Shown here piece after piece: positions 49,471 to 62,149 of a stretch of 64,000 nt of DNA. The notes under the pieces are model-generated. The model ran no database searches. It was given only the letters and a program-made list of their open reading frames with translations, and was not told the DNA's origin. Numbering within the stretch: the first letter of the stretch is position 1; each line of letters begins with the position of its first letter. Both the position numbers and the translations under genes were made by a program. Source of the stretch: Macrostomum lignano. Its lineage: Eukaryota. The stretch covers positions 124,001 to 188,000 of the forward strand of contig NIVC01000293.1 in the NCBI GenBank assembly GCA_002269645.1, written 5' to 3'.

Positions 49471-52188
49471 TTGACAATGACTTGCCAAATCTTACAAAAT
49501 CTGACTTACCAATTCCTTCAATAATTCCAAAGAAATTATAAGATAATATCTTAAGGTATCCTGTAAGATTTGACAAGAGTTGGGTAAGATCTGGCAAGAA
49601 ATCGCAGGAAATTTTGCATATGTTTATCTATGCAGAATTCAATGGTCAGCATTTTTGGTTCTTTGATTCTCGAATATTAATAAAAGGAAAAAGAATATAA
49701 ACAATTAATTGCTTAAAAAGCTTTATATTTGTGTTTATGTACAGCAATAAAGAATTTTATATAAGGTTGGATTTATTAGAAAAAAGCATTTATTATTGTC
49801 ATTTAATTATATTCAAGACAGACTGTAGGCATTAGAAAACCAAAAATCAACTTTGGCAATTTATTTAGGACAGAAAAATTGGCACAAAGAAACATGCAAA
49901 CAAAATTCATCTGCAAATGCAGTCACAACTAAACCAAAAAGCAAGGTCTTTTAAGCACTGCATAACAATTTAATAACAAGTAAAAGATGTTTAACTCACT
50001 ATTATACCAGTACTTCTATTTAACTATTTAGCACTAAAACCAACAGCAAAAATTGTTTTAATTGACGTCTTTATGAAGGAAACTTTTAAAATTCCTTCAA
50101 GTTTTACCTGCAATTAGTTAATTAATCAATCAAAAAGTTAAAAGCAACTGTAATTTTTTACCTTACTTTTTTAATTTTGTGTCTTAAGTGCATTACATAA
50201 AAAACAAACAAATCCGAAACTTTGAAGTTAAAGAAGAATTTTATAAAAACTGACACACCAAGTCAAGCACCATTCATAGTGCCATCTGCTGCAGCCATTG
50301 GCAGATTGGCCTGCTGACACCTGTGCTTCTTGACACTTGTCCTGGCACAATATCTAGATGCTTGGTTGAGCAACAGCCAAGTAGCTCTCCAGTGTCTGTC
50401 CATAGCAAGCCCGAAAAGCATCTTGAAAAAAAAATAAAGTGGAGTATACATATACAATAATTGAAATAATGATAATGAAATACACTAGTACTTTTCAGAG
50501 AAATATGCACAATACTTACTCAAGTTGCAGGTAGGTTAAAATCAATATTTTGCATGATTTCTTGAAAGCATTTGTTTGCTTCTTTCTAAAATCTGATGAT
50601 TTACCATATCAATCAAACTTGACAGCAGATTTGTTGGCTCTGTGGCTGCGGGTATAAAAGAATTAATGGCTTGGACACTGGACAATGCCTTTATACACTA
50701 CACATTTGGTTTAAAATATCTGTCCCAATGATTAAAAAGCATAAAGGTTTTGCCTTAATGTTTTTAAATATGCAAATTATACTTCACTGCTATATTTTTA
50801 GCCCAAATACTTTTAAAAAAATAGGTCTAGGTCAAAATTAGAAAAAAATGTGAAAACCAAACTAGGATAGAATGACAATGGAAGGGCAACATGGCTTAGT
50901 GATACATGTAGGGTGTAAAACCAAGTCCAAGATGGCTACAGCATAGAATTTTTTAATCTCTGTATTATCAACTTTTTAATATTAATTCATAACTTAGCCC
51001 CCCCCCCTAGTGCCATCATTATGTAAATTATGAAGTTTAATTATAATTGAATATATAAATATCATGCAATAACAGATTTTTAGACTTTATTCACAATACA
51101 AAATTGTTTTTTCAAGTTTTTGTTTGGTTAGGTCTAATCTAATTCCATTTTATATCTATTCCATCCTAGTATTTATCTCCCTTACTTATCTCCATTATAC
51201 TAATAATAGGAAATGAGGAAATATATAGACCTAGGCCTATGATCTATTTAGATATTTAGAGCTGTGGCCATCTTCATCATGTGCCTAGGGCTTGGCTTAG
51301 GCTAGGTAGGCTAGGGCTAGGCCAATGCTTATCTTATCATCATTTTTTCTCTAATTAACAATGTAGAGCTCCATACTTACAAAATCTCAACGCAGGCGTG
51401 CTTCTAAAGAACATGATGAAAATCGAGTGTCTGTTAGCTTGAAGATTTGTAAAAAATTCTTAGTACTGCTACCACAGCACAGAATGCAGTACAAAGACAC
51501 AAAGACTTTAGCTTCATTTCCTGGACTCGGGCCATTAATGGCTGCTCTTGTCACTTGCATTGCAAATAAAGTATTTACTGAAAAATTAAAATAGAAAGTA
51601 GCAAAAAACTTTTCATAGGCTTAGGCCTACAAATTAGCAGACGCGTTGGTAAATTTGTAAGCCTAGATGAATATCCGATAAATCGATCTACGAAAGTAGT
51701 AGTAGTAAGAGAATTTGGCTCAGGCAATTAGCCTGTTTGGCCAATATATTATAGAGCTATGTATTTGGAATTTTCGAATATAGAAGTTTATAAAGACGAT
51801 TTGACGACGATTTGCTGAGTTATTGTAAAAGATAAAGTATTTGAAAGCGCGCCAGAATTTTTACGGTATTTTTAGACGAAAAGTGACGACTAACAACTAA
51901 CGAGTATAAATATTAATACAAAAATGAGTACAAATTACGAGGTATAGCTTTAATTGCGAGATTACTTTGGTAAGCGAGTTTGTAAAAAAAAAAGATGTAG
52001 TATTTTTGAAAGCGCGTGATATTTCAAAGCGTGAAAAACGAACATAAACAATACTTCGAAAGAATTTTACTTTTAACGAATAACGACGATTTAAATATAG
52101 GAAATTAAAAAAGACAGTAAATGAATAAACAACTGAAAAGCGGATTTGTTACACTGCTGATGTATCTGATTCAGTTTGTTTAACTGTT

Positions 52189-55100
52189 TTAGCTATTCAT
52201 GACTTCATATATTTTAGCTACACCAGTGAGCTCTTTTCTGACTCTTTTTTCATTTGTAGCATATCCTATCTTGTGTATTTGATTGCTATTTAAGAGGTAT
52301 TGACAGAAGTATTTTTTCCTGATCTCTTCAGTTTGTGGACATTCGGTCAAGTAGTGTAGAATGTCAGAACCATTTCGCGCTCCACACATTTTACATGGTT
52401 CTTGAGAAAAAAAGTTGGGTGTAATCTCGCATTTCAGTTTTAGGAGGGTTGTTAAGAATTTTTTGTTTCTAAATGTACATGGAAAGAAATCTGAAAGGTC
52501 GGGCCTGCAGATTTTTTTGTAGAGATAGGCGTTTTTGTAGAGTTTAATATGTTGCTGATTCTCTAGCTTTTGGCTAAGTTCTCTTTCTCTGTGTATCTTG
52601 AGGTGCTTTTTCACTAGGTATTTCTCGTTATTAAAGCTTTGGGAAAGTTTATCTTCAGTTAGTGCTTTTAGGTCTATACTTTCTAGTTTCTTTAGTACAT
52701 TCATTTTCCATGGATTTTTTTGGCCGGTGTTTGAGTAGAAAATTTCTAGAGTCGTTTGGCAGAGTTTTTTGTGTCTAATCTTCAGCCAGTAGATGAGGTA
52801 GGTTTTAGCGATTCGTTGAGAGATTGGAGTAAGCTCAAGTTCTGATGATACCACACTGTTGCTAGCAAATTTTGGTAGATTGAGGAGATATTTGTAGAAT
52901 TTCAGCTGAATATTATCAATAGCTTTTGTATCAGACATGGTAGCCAGAGGGCCCCAGAGCTCACAACCGTAAGTGATAACGGGGGTAACAAGCGCGTCAA
53001 ATAGTCTGCGAATGAGTGTGATGTCTAGGGACGTATTCTTTACCCTATGGAGTAGGGAAAACATGGCTGTATATCCCTGCTTAGTTTGGTGTTCAATACA
53101 TTTTTTAAAGCTGTTTTTTGGTTCAAAAATAATTCCCAGGTATTTAAATTCATTTACTTCCTCTATTTCTTGGTTGTCGTAGTATATTTTTGTAGCAATG
53201 CTTTCTGTGTCGTTTTTTTGTCTGGTATTGCCCTGCATGAACTTTGTTTTGCTTGCGTTTACTTTCAAGTAATTTTGTTTGCAGTAATTTTCCATAGTCG
53301 TAAATGTGTCTTGAAGTTCGTCTTTGTTTTTAGCTAGAATGGCTTGATCGTCTGCAAAGAGTAGGATGAGTGGGAAAGCAGATCTCGTAAGAGAGCGCCT
53401 AGCGCTAGAGAGTTCAAGATATTCAACAATGTCGTCAATATATAGTTCAAAAAGGATGGTAGAGAGAGGGTTGCCTTGAAGAACACCTTTAGATATTGGG
53501 ATTGGCTGGGTTTCATCATCATCATCATCATCATTTTTTAGAATGAAGCAGGCATTTTTATGCATGTTCTTGATAAGTTCCGTCATTTGACCTTTAATAC
53601 CCTGGTTATCCGTTTTGTGCCAAAGGGTTGGTTGATTTAAGCTATCGAAGGCTTTTTCATAGTCAACAAATCCAATAAAGAGTTCTTCTTTGTTGTAGAT
53701 GGATTGGTTTATAATGTTGTAAAGATTAAAACATTGGTCAATTGTGCTGTGATTGGGCTTGAAACCGTATTGGTATTTTGATATAAGATTGTTTGCGTAT
53801 GCTAGGTTTTCGAGTCTGGATTTAATAATTTGGCAAAAGAGCTTGCCAAGAATTGGTTGAATGCAGATTCCTCTGTAATTGTTGGGGTCGGCACTGCTGC
53901 CTTTGTTTTTATAAATCGGATGAAGTGTATTTGTTATCCAACTAGTTGGGAAGGTTCCTTGTTTGAGTGCTTCGTTGAAAAGTGAGCATAGGAGGTCAGC
54001 AAGTTCGTTCTCGAGGTATTTGAGTGTTTCTACATATACTTTATCGTGCCCAGGTGCTTTGTCGGTTTTGAGCTTTTTAATATGTTTTATAACTTCTTCT
54101 TTGGTGAATGGGGCATTGAAATCCTCTAAATCAGCCAGAATAGGGTTGTCAAGGTGAAGATTGTATGATAGTCTAATGCTGCTGTCTTGTTCAGTTACAA
54201 GATTTTGAAAGTGTATGATAAATTTTTCATCAATTGTTACTCTGTTGTTTGAGGGATTTGGTGTTTTTAATAAGTTCCAAAGTTGTTTTGTATCGTTTTG
54301 AATAAAGGCTTGGTTGATCATGTTGTCTGCACAGAGAGTTGTTTCAAATTTCCATGAAGTGAGCTTTTTTTCGTATGCTTTTTTGAGTTGTACTTTGCTT
54401 GAGAGGTTGTTGGGAGTAGGGAAGGTTTTATATCTTCTGCAGGCATGTCTAGCAGCGTTTCTTAAATCTTTAAGGAAGCGAGGCAGTGTTGAGCATAGTG
54501 GGTTCTTTATCTCTACTGTGATGTTGTTTTGAATTTGTCTAACTTTTCTACTTAATTCATTTATAAAAGCTGGGTTTTGTATGTCTAGATTTGTGATTTT
54601 GTCATTCATGTTTTTCAGGTCATTTGCGAAGTTATTGATATGTTTTTCTTGTTGCAGGTTGGGTTTATGTGACTTTTTTAGGACTCTATATCTCGTTTTC
54701 GAGTTATTGGTTGCTTGTTTAGTTTCTGTGATTTCCTCTGTGAATTCACTTGATAGGGAGAGCACTATTTGGTTGTGGTCGCTAAAGTAGGTGTGGTTCT
54801 TTACTTTAAAGTCTTCGAGGTGTTGGAGTAAGCTGGTAGAGACGAAACAGAGATCTATAACAGAGGAACCAGATTTTGAGAGAAAGGTGAATTCACCATT
54901 TGTGTCTGATAATGATCTACCATTGATTAGATGCAGGTTGTATGAGTCAGTAATCTGGTTAAGTAGTCTACCATTTTTGCAGGTTTTCTTGTCTTGGCTT
55001 TGTCTAGTAAGTGAGATGTTTTTTGCTCTGGTGGTATATATTGAATTTAAATCTATGTATGAGGTATTGTTTATATGAGCATTGAAGTCTCCAATAAGGA

Positions 55101-55590
55101 AGATGTTTTCTTCGGAGTGGTAAGCATCCAGGAGAATTGTTAACTGTTCCCAATTTTCTTCTTCATAATATTTTGAAGACAGTGGGGGTATATAGGAGTT
55201 TATTAAGGTAAAGCTTTTGTTTTTATCCTTTTTGTGTTTAAAATTTAGTGTCAAGAAGTTTTTATAATGTTTGAATGATTCTGTAACATTGTATTGTGTA
55301 TCTAGTGACTTTTTGTAAGCTGTTAATAATCCACCAGAAGCTCTGCCAATGAATTTACAGCCTTTTTTGTTTGCAGGCTTTTGGTATGTCATGTAGTTTT
55401 CAGACAGGTTGTTGATTTTGAGTCGCTTGTTTTCATTTTTTGTGTCTATTATCCAAGTTTCTTGAAGGCAGAGAATATTATTCTTAAAAATTGATTCAGT
55501 TTCCAGTAGTTCAAGTTTGGGAATCATCACAGAGTCTTTTATTGTGTAAAGTCCATTGATATTCCAGCTGCTAATAGTAAATCTAAAAGT
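52189..55590 (-). mobile_element. Non-LTR retrotransposon ORF2 (APE + RT + C-terminal Cys/His motif), uninterrupted; clade not resolved
   Basis: Frame is open from FTISSWNING (~55585). LQETW, GDFNA, SVIDL, SDH; APGHD, YRGI, FVDYEKAFD, GVLQGNPLS, LFADD, YLG; CKMC...H..C. AT-rich, no ORF1 seen. Confidence 0.93.
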
Positions 55591-56174
55591 AAATACAGCA
55601 GAAGCTTATTTAAAAGAAAACATAGTTAAAACAAACAGGGCACATTTTTTATTTATAAACTTGCCCATTTGCCCATTTAGATAAGTAAATACAACTATTA
55701 TATATTACTTAAGTGTACAAATACGTTTTTATAGTTTCTTATACATTTAGCAAATATTTTACGACAGTGTAAAAATGACTACATATGTGTACACATGTAC
55801 ATAGGAATATCAGTTTAAGATTACTAAACTGTAAAAATGAAACACATCATGCTGAAATTTTATATGTAATACAATTCTGCTGTGCAGTACTCCTTTTACC
55901 TATTATAAATTTTCCCTTCGATACATATGCAATCGCAACTTGCATTATCACCTTGCGAAATCTGTTAGATCAACTAAACTGTGAATTAGTGAATTAAATT
56001 ATCACATTATAAAAGCTTTTTCGACTTTCAAAGCAGGAAAATATTGTTTGCATACAAAACATACTAATCATAGATTTTTATCTGTCACTTACATTTTCTG
56101 AACAGATCTGAGAAGATTTAATAAGACTATTCAAGAGAAATCAGATCTGACAAGTCAGTTTGTAAGATTGTCAA

Positions 56175-57450
56175 CTAGGGGTCCCATTTGACTGGACTTC
56201 GGAATGCCAGACGGCTCGACGAGCTCAAAAAGGTGCCTAATTAGTCCTCCGATCCTGGTGAACCCGGATTTCACCAAGGAGTTCTCAGTCTTCACGGATG
56301 CCAGTGGCAGCGGAGTCGGTGCAATTCTGATTAATCAAGGCGAGGCGGTGATCGAGTTCTCAAGCCGCGCGTTCAATTCAGCTGAGAAGAAATACTCTGC
56401 AACAGAAAAGGAGTGCCTGTCCATTCTGCACGCATTCAAAGTTTTTCGCCACTATCTTCTCGGCAAGCATTTCACGGTGCACACGGATCACTGCCCGCTA
56501 ACCTACATCGATTCACAGAGAGTTGACAGCTACGGCAGGCTAGAACGATGGCGTCTGCTGCTTTAAGAGTTCGACTTCACCGTCAAGTACCAAAGAGGCG
56601 TTGAGAACACAGATGCTGACCCGCTGTCCAGACTGCACGGCCAAGAAGTTGCAGCTACGCAGCCGACTCCGGAAATCGACACTGAAGAGCTCAAAACTGC
56701 GCAGCGACAGGACCTGGAGCTCAGCGAGGTGATTCAGCTGGTGATGGACGAGGACGCAGAAATTGCACCCAGATGGCGGGCAGGACCACTGCAGCAACTT
56801 GACAGAATCTGGAAGAAGCTGAAGCTGGATGATGACGGTGTTCTACTGCGCAAGTTCAATAACCCGGACGGCCTGCGGGAGGTTCCAGTGGTGCCAGCGC
56901 GGCTTCGACAACAGTTTTTGACCAACGCTCACGAAGGTCTGGGAGGTCATTTCGGAGCCGAGAAATGCTACCGCACACTGAAACTGACCGCGTACTGGCC
57001 CGGCATGGCTGAAGACATCGTGCAACACTGCCAGAGTTGTTCCGTCTGTCAGGAGAAGAAAGCGGGTTCGCGGACCAGCGCGCCGCTCGGAGAACTGCCA
57101 ATCGGCTCGCCGTGGGATTCTGTGGCTATCGACATCGTCAAGGTAGTGCCATCATCGTGCGGCAACAAATACCTGCTGGTTGCTCAGGATCAATTTTCCA
57201 AGTACCTGACGGCCGTGGCGATTCCTGACAAGACTGCTGAGACTACTGCTCGCGCCTTTCTCTCCATCTGCTCCCAGACTGGACTTCCCCGAGCCATCCA
57301 CTCCGATCAAGGACCGAATTTCGAGTCTCAGCTTTTTCAAGACACTCTGCGAGGCCTGGGAGTCATGAAGACAAGAACAACGGCTTACAATCCCAAAGAC
57401 AACGGATTAGCAGAGTCGGGCAACAAGTCAGTGCAGTCAGTCGTATCTCT
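56175..57450 (+). mobile_element. Gypsy/Ty3 pol remnant: RT-RNase H linker, RNase H and integrase, with one internal stop
   Basis: FTDASG, YSATEKECL, TDHCPL, RLERWRLLL*EFDF (TAA 56564-56566, same frame continues); HHCC HEGLGGH...CSVC; VAIDI; HSDQG. Truncated at both ends. Confidence 0.92.
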
Positions 57451-59049
57451 CTGCCTTGGTCTACATAAGTACCCGACGTTTAGTAAAAATACGTGAAAAG
57501 GCGAAAGAATTACAAAGCATAATTTTTTTGCGCACCGCATCGCGAAATCTGAGAATAGTGGAGGTAAAAGGTGAAATAGAGCAGCTAGAAAGAATTTAGA
57601 GAGCTCGAACCATCAGGCCGCATTGCGTTTGTGAAGTTTCAAAGGACCTAAGGGCCAGAGAGCCTGGGAGGCTTCGCGAGCAGAAGTTTGCTGTCCCCTG
57701 GTGAACAATTACACCATGTACAAGATAAAATTCCGCGTGCTTTTTATATTTTATTCATAAACCAAAATACAAATTATTATTAATTTCTAAATAATACTTA
57801 TACTACTTACTACCGGCGGGACAGCGCCAACCCAACAGTAGAATCAGGAGGAGGGGTGCAAAGACTGCGGCCATCCTGACCACTAGCCAGCGACAAAACC
57901 CGAGTGTGCACGCGCAAAAAGATACTCCAGCCAGGCATCCAGAGTCCCCATGTCTCGGAAGAGGGCTTCCATGTTGGAGCGAGTCTTGGCAGCTAATTTA
58001 CCAGGGGCGAGTCTCGTATCAAAGAACTTGCAAAGGGCTGCAAGCCACAAGGCTTTTTCACTACCCAGCTCTATTGAGCCCAAGTCAAGGGGTTGGAGAG
58101 GGAGCAGCACAGAGCGGAGACACCGCGGACTCAGCCGGTATTCCCCGATTCGGGACGAACTCTTCCACAGGACACCAATTCACTGTCAGTGATGAGAGCC
58201 AGAGACACAATAATCAGGGAGACAATCAGAAGAGCCAGCAGATGGACCAAGGGAGTAGATGGAATTCTCAGAGGTGAGATCGTAACTCCAAATTTCTGGA
58301 ATGGCTCATGACCAAAAGCTAAAAGCAAGGGATAAAAACATGGAGAAGTATCACACAACCTCTGGGGCTCCGCCTCCCATGGCTGGCATCAACTGGGCTC
58401 TACCGAACACTTTTGTGAATGGTCGTCTTTCCTTTGCAGGGCGGGTGCGACCAGGGGGCTCAAGCCTCGATCTAGTAGCCACTCCACAGTTCAGAGTCAC
58501 AATCACTCCAGGTACACCCCCCCCCCTAAACCAAGGCAGGGCCGAAAAAACAGATGAGGGCACTTAGAGATTAAGCTACCCGAAGGGCAGGTCAATTGGA
58601 TTGCGCACAGCCCGAGAAATGCCGGTGTCACGTCTTAAAAAATTCTGCCTTGTTTTATTCGGCTAGATGAAAGAAGACGACAAACGTATTTGGCCAAATA
58701 CTTTTCAGTTATTCAAACTCATTCGGTCATCTTGAATTCTCTCACAGAGCAGAAACTATCTTAATACCTTATTTTATTTGTCTTAAATTATTCCGACAAC
58801 ATTGCGAGTAGACAATAAATTATTACTGCAAAGTACATTGCAACAAAAAGACAACAACAATCCAGAACTGAATGAAGTACTCGTACACAAAATCAGTCAA
58901 ATGCACTTTATAATATTGTAAGGCTTGATGTAAAAAATAAATTAACCGTAAATAGCTAATTTCCAATTCTCTAATTTTCTAATTAAATTATTTTAATTAG
59001 AAGCCTAAAACTACTGTCAAATAATAGAAATTTAAATTCTTTAAATCAC

Positions 59050-59380
59050 CTATTCGTGGTATTTCTTCAGTTGGCGGCCATTGATCGCTGTAGATCGCCC
59101 CTCGAGTCTGTACAGGTTGCTGCTTAGAACACGTTCGACCATGTAAACCTTGGCGCACCAAGGTGTCTTCAGTTTGCCGCGGACAAAGTTCCGCAGCAGC
59201 ACCTTGTCTCCGACTTTGAAGCTGAGGCTGCTAGCAGACGCCAGACGCTGCTGATGGTACTGCTGCATAGCTTGCTGCGCCCGACGGATGCGTCGACGCA
59301 TCAACTCAATGTTCCGTCCACGTTCTTCTGACTTTCTCTCTACATGACGAATCGTGACGTCACCGACCATGGCAGCGTCT
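59050..59380 (-). mobile_element. Gypsy-type integrase C-terminal fragment
   Basis: FKVGDKVLLRNF..GKLKTPW...Y.VERV....YRL...INGRQLKKY is typical of the integrase C-terminal SH3-like region. Confidence 0.65.
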
Positions 59381-59860
59381 GCTGGTCCGATCTGGGCCCA
59401 GATAAAATAACGCATCCAAAGTTATTCAGCCGAATACTTTTCTGCCTAGGATAATGGTTGGCATAACACCGGGGTAAAAACAGTCAGAGACCGTCTTTAC
59501 GACTCATTACAGCATATAAACTTTTGCACCAAATTTGCCAAATCATTTTTTAAATTATAGTCAGAGCACGTTCATATATAATTTTTCGTGCCCTCTGTCG
59601 ATCAAAATACCGAATTTAAATTTATGAGAATAAATTTATTTGATATCAAAATAATTAAAATACTGACAGAATGTCGATCATACCTATGTATACAATACAT
59701 TTAGCAAATAAGTACACACTTTTATCATTGCTGTTTGGTTGGTTGCAAGTCAAACAAATTATATTAGCAAAAGTAAAATATTTTGGAATTACCGCATGCA
59801 GCGTTGTATGTACAGTCCTGGGTTCATATAGAGTCAGAATATTAAATGTAATTATATTCA

Positions 59861-61890
59861 CTACTGATGAATGTACTTAGGTCGAACAACGAAGTTAACG
59901 AGAGTCTCTTTGTAAGCGTCCCAGTTGTAGTAGGACTGCAGCTTCTCGTTCAGACTCTCCAGAGTAGGGAACATTTGAATCTGCAGAGGAGGAAGTTATT
60001 TGGATATTATGGCTAAGGTGAATAGTGAAGGAATTTGCCTGTCAGGGGAGTGGGGAAGGATCCTTGGGAGGCGTCGGCGCCGGACAACAACGCAGGGCAC
60101 CAGTGCCAGAAGCTGCACCATCGGGGGGGGGGGCGTCATCGGCCGGGGGCACCATAATTCAAAAGGCAGGCTATCAGCTATCACCAAAAAAGGGCGCCAG
60201 CACCAGGGGCGCCAGTGGCGGGGGCAGCAAGCAATCAAAGGGGTCACATCTAATTTTTCTTTGTGGTGGGCACGCCCCCTTTTCCCCATCTGGCTATGAC
60301 GGAACTGCAACTGCAAGTGACAAAATTTAATTTCTCGTTTGAGAATACATCTTGATATATCATTTAGTTCCTATGCTCACCTCGCGTCGAAGCAGCTGAT
60401 AGTACTTCTCAGTCATGTGCTTCAGGAAGAATTCCTTGTTAATGAGGATGCACTCGGCTCCCATGGACACGAGTGTTACTCCCGTGGTGCCGCCGAACAC
60501 GCGAAATGCGATGGGTTCCAGGCCCTGCAGGAGTTTGTTGTAAATTTTGCACAGATTTAAAAAAAAAAGTTTACCGCTTTAAACCGCCACCCAAGTGCTC
60601 AACCGGCCGTTCTTAGCCTTACTCATAGAGTGTGTACAATCTCAGTCAGATTGTGTACAGTCTCAGTCATAGATTGTGTACAGTCTCAGTCATAGATTGT
60701 GTACAGTCTCAGTCATAGATTGTGTACATACTGAGTCATAGATTGTTTACAGTCTCAGTCATAGATTGTGTACAGTCTCAGTCATAGATTGTGTACAGTT
60801 TCAGTCATAGATTGTGTACAGTCTCAGTCATAGATTGTGTACAGTCTCAGTCATAGATTGTTTACAGTCTGAGTATTAGATTGTGTACAGTCTCAGTCAT
60901 AGATTGTTTACAGTCTGAGTCATAGATTGTGTACATTCTGAGTCATAGATTGTGTACAGCCTCAGTCATAGATTGTGTACAGTCTCAGTCATAGATTGTG
61001 TACAATCTCAGTCATGCATTTTTAACAGTCTGAGTCATAGAAATTGTGTACAACAGTCTCAGTCATAGATTGTGTACAACAGTCTCAGTCATAGATTGTG
61101 TAAAACAGTCTCAGTCATAGATTGTGTACAGCCTCAGTCATAGATTGTGTACAGTCTCAGTCATAGATTGTGTACAGTCTGAGTCATAGATTGTGTACAG
61201 TCTCAGTCATAGATTGTGTACAGTCTCAGTCATAGATTGTGTACAGTCTGAGTCATAGATTGTGTACAGTCTGAGTCATAGATTGTGTAAATTCTGAGTC
61301 ATAGATTGTTTACAGTCTCAGTCATAGATTGTGTACATTCTGAGTCATAGATTGTTTACAGTCTCAGTCATAGATTGTATACATTCTGAGTCATAGATTG
61401 TGTACAGTCTCAGTCATAGATTGTGTACAGTCTCAGTCATAGATTGTGTACAGTATTGGCGCGCTTGCATGTGCTTAGGAGTCAGCGCAGTCATTGCCAT
61501 CCTGCAATTATGGTTATTAGTGCCAGCACCAGCGCATGCTTAAAGACAATTCACCGCGAACTCACAAAGGTATCCCGACGTTGCAGCACTTTCAGCTGAA
61601 TGTACAGCTTGCCAGAAGGTCGGGCAACAACCCGCGGCAGTGACTGGCCGACACCACCCCTGTCACCGCTTTTCGGCTCGGGCAGACAGTCCCGTTGCAT
61701 GAACTCCAGGTAGCGCTGATCATCCGTGTCCTGCTCAACTGGGTAGCTGTCGCACATTCTCTGCCTGCTGCGCAGTCGCGGTATTGTTGAAGCGCACGGC
61801 TGCAGGTCCTTCATCACCAGGCAGTGTCCGGATTTCACAATCAGGACGGAATCGGCCGAGTTGCTGTCCCGGCAGAGCACGATGCCTTTT
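59861..61890 (-). CDS. Last three coding exons (61890-61566, 60524-60381, 59980-59861) of a cyclic nucleotide-binding-domain protein (CNBD2-like); gene continues beyond the window
   Basis: GT/AG-bounded, frame-compatible exons give KGIVLCRDSNSADSVLIVKSGHC...LKVLQRRDTF|GLEPI...VTLVSMGAECILINKEFFLKH...|IQMFPT..LNEKLQSYYNWDAYK...*. VKSG and DTFGL fit a CNB domain. Confidence 0.8.
60040..60300. mobile_element. Possible decayed GC-rich MITE related to 9968-10189
   Basis: Begins CAGGGGAG and ends near CCCCATCTGGCTATG (cf. CCCTCTGGCTACG); G-runs with GGCGCCAG motifs; no clean TSD. Confidence 0.35.
60635..61455. repeat. Intronic 23-bp tandem repeat GATTGTGTACAGTCTCAGTCATA, roughly 35 copies
   Basis: Direct periodicity; lies between exons ending 61566 and starting 60524. 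Confidence 0.98.
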
Positions 61891-62149
61891 CTGCGAGTTC
61901 AAATGATAAGCTTTGGGGAATAAACCATGTAGAGTTCTTATCCCCCTGATATTTGCTGCTACTCAGTTTCTTGCTGTGCTCACGACGTCCTTTAGGGGCA
62001 TCTAGTATGGGATACATTTTAGCAAACTAGCAAACATTTTAGCATCTTATGACCTTTGTGAGGGCTTTTAAGAGGTTGTGGATGCATTATCAAGTTTAAT
62101 ATTTATATGCATTCCGGTCTTGATGTGCATCTTTTGCTGAGGTTATTTG

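Noticed and set aside
55602-55612. AAGCTTATTTA identical to the TSD of the 38454-42704 LINE, next to the second LINE's 5' end
   Set aside because: No partner copy found at the 3' side (~52.1 kb); an AT-rich 11-mer can recur by chance.
60635-61455. CRISPR-like appearance of regular repeats (also 37085-37500)
   Set aside because: Head-to-tail units with no unique spacers, no cas genes, eukaryotic intronic context.
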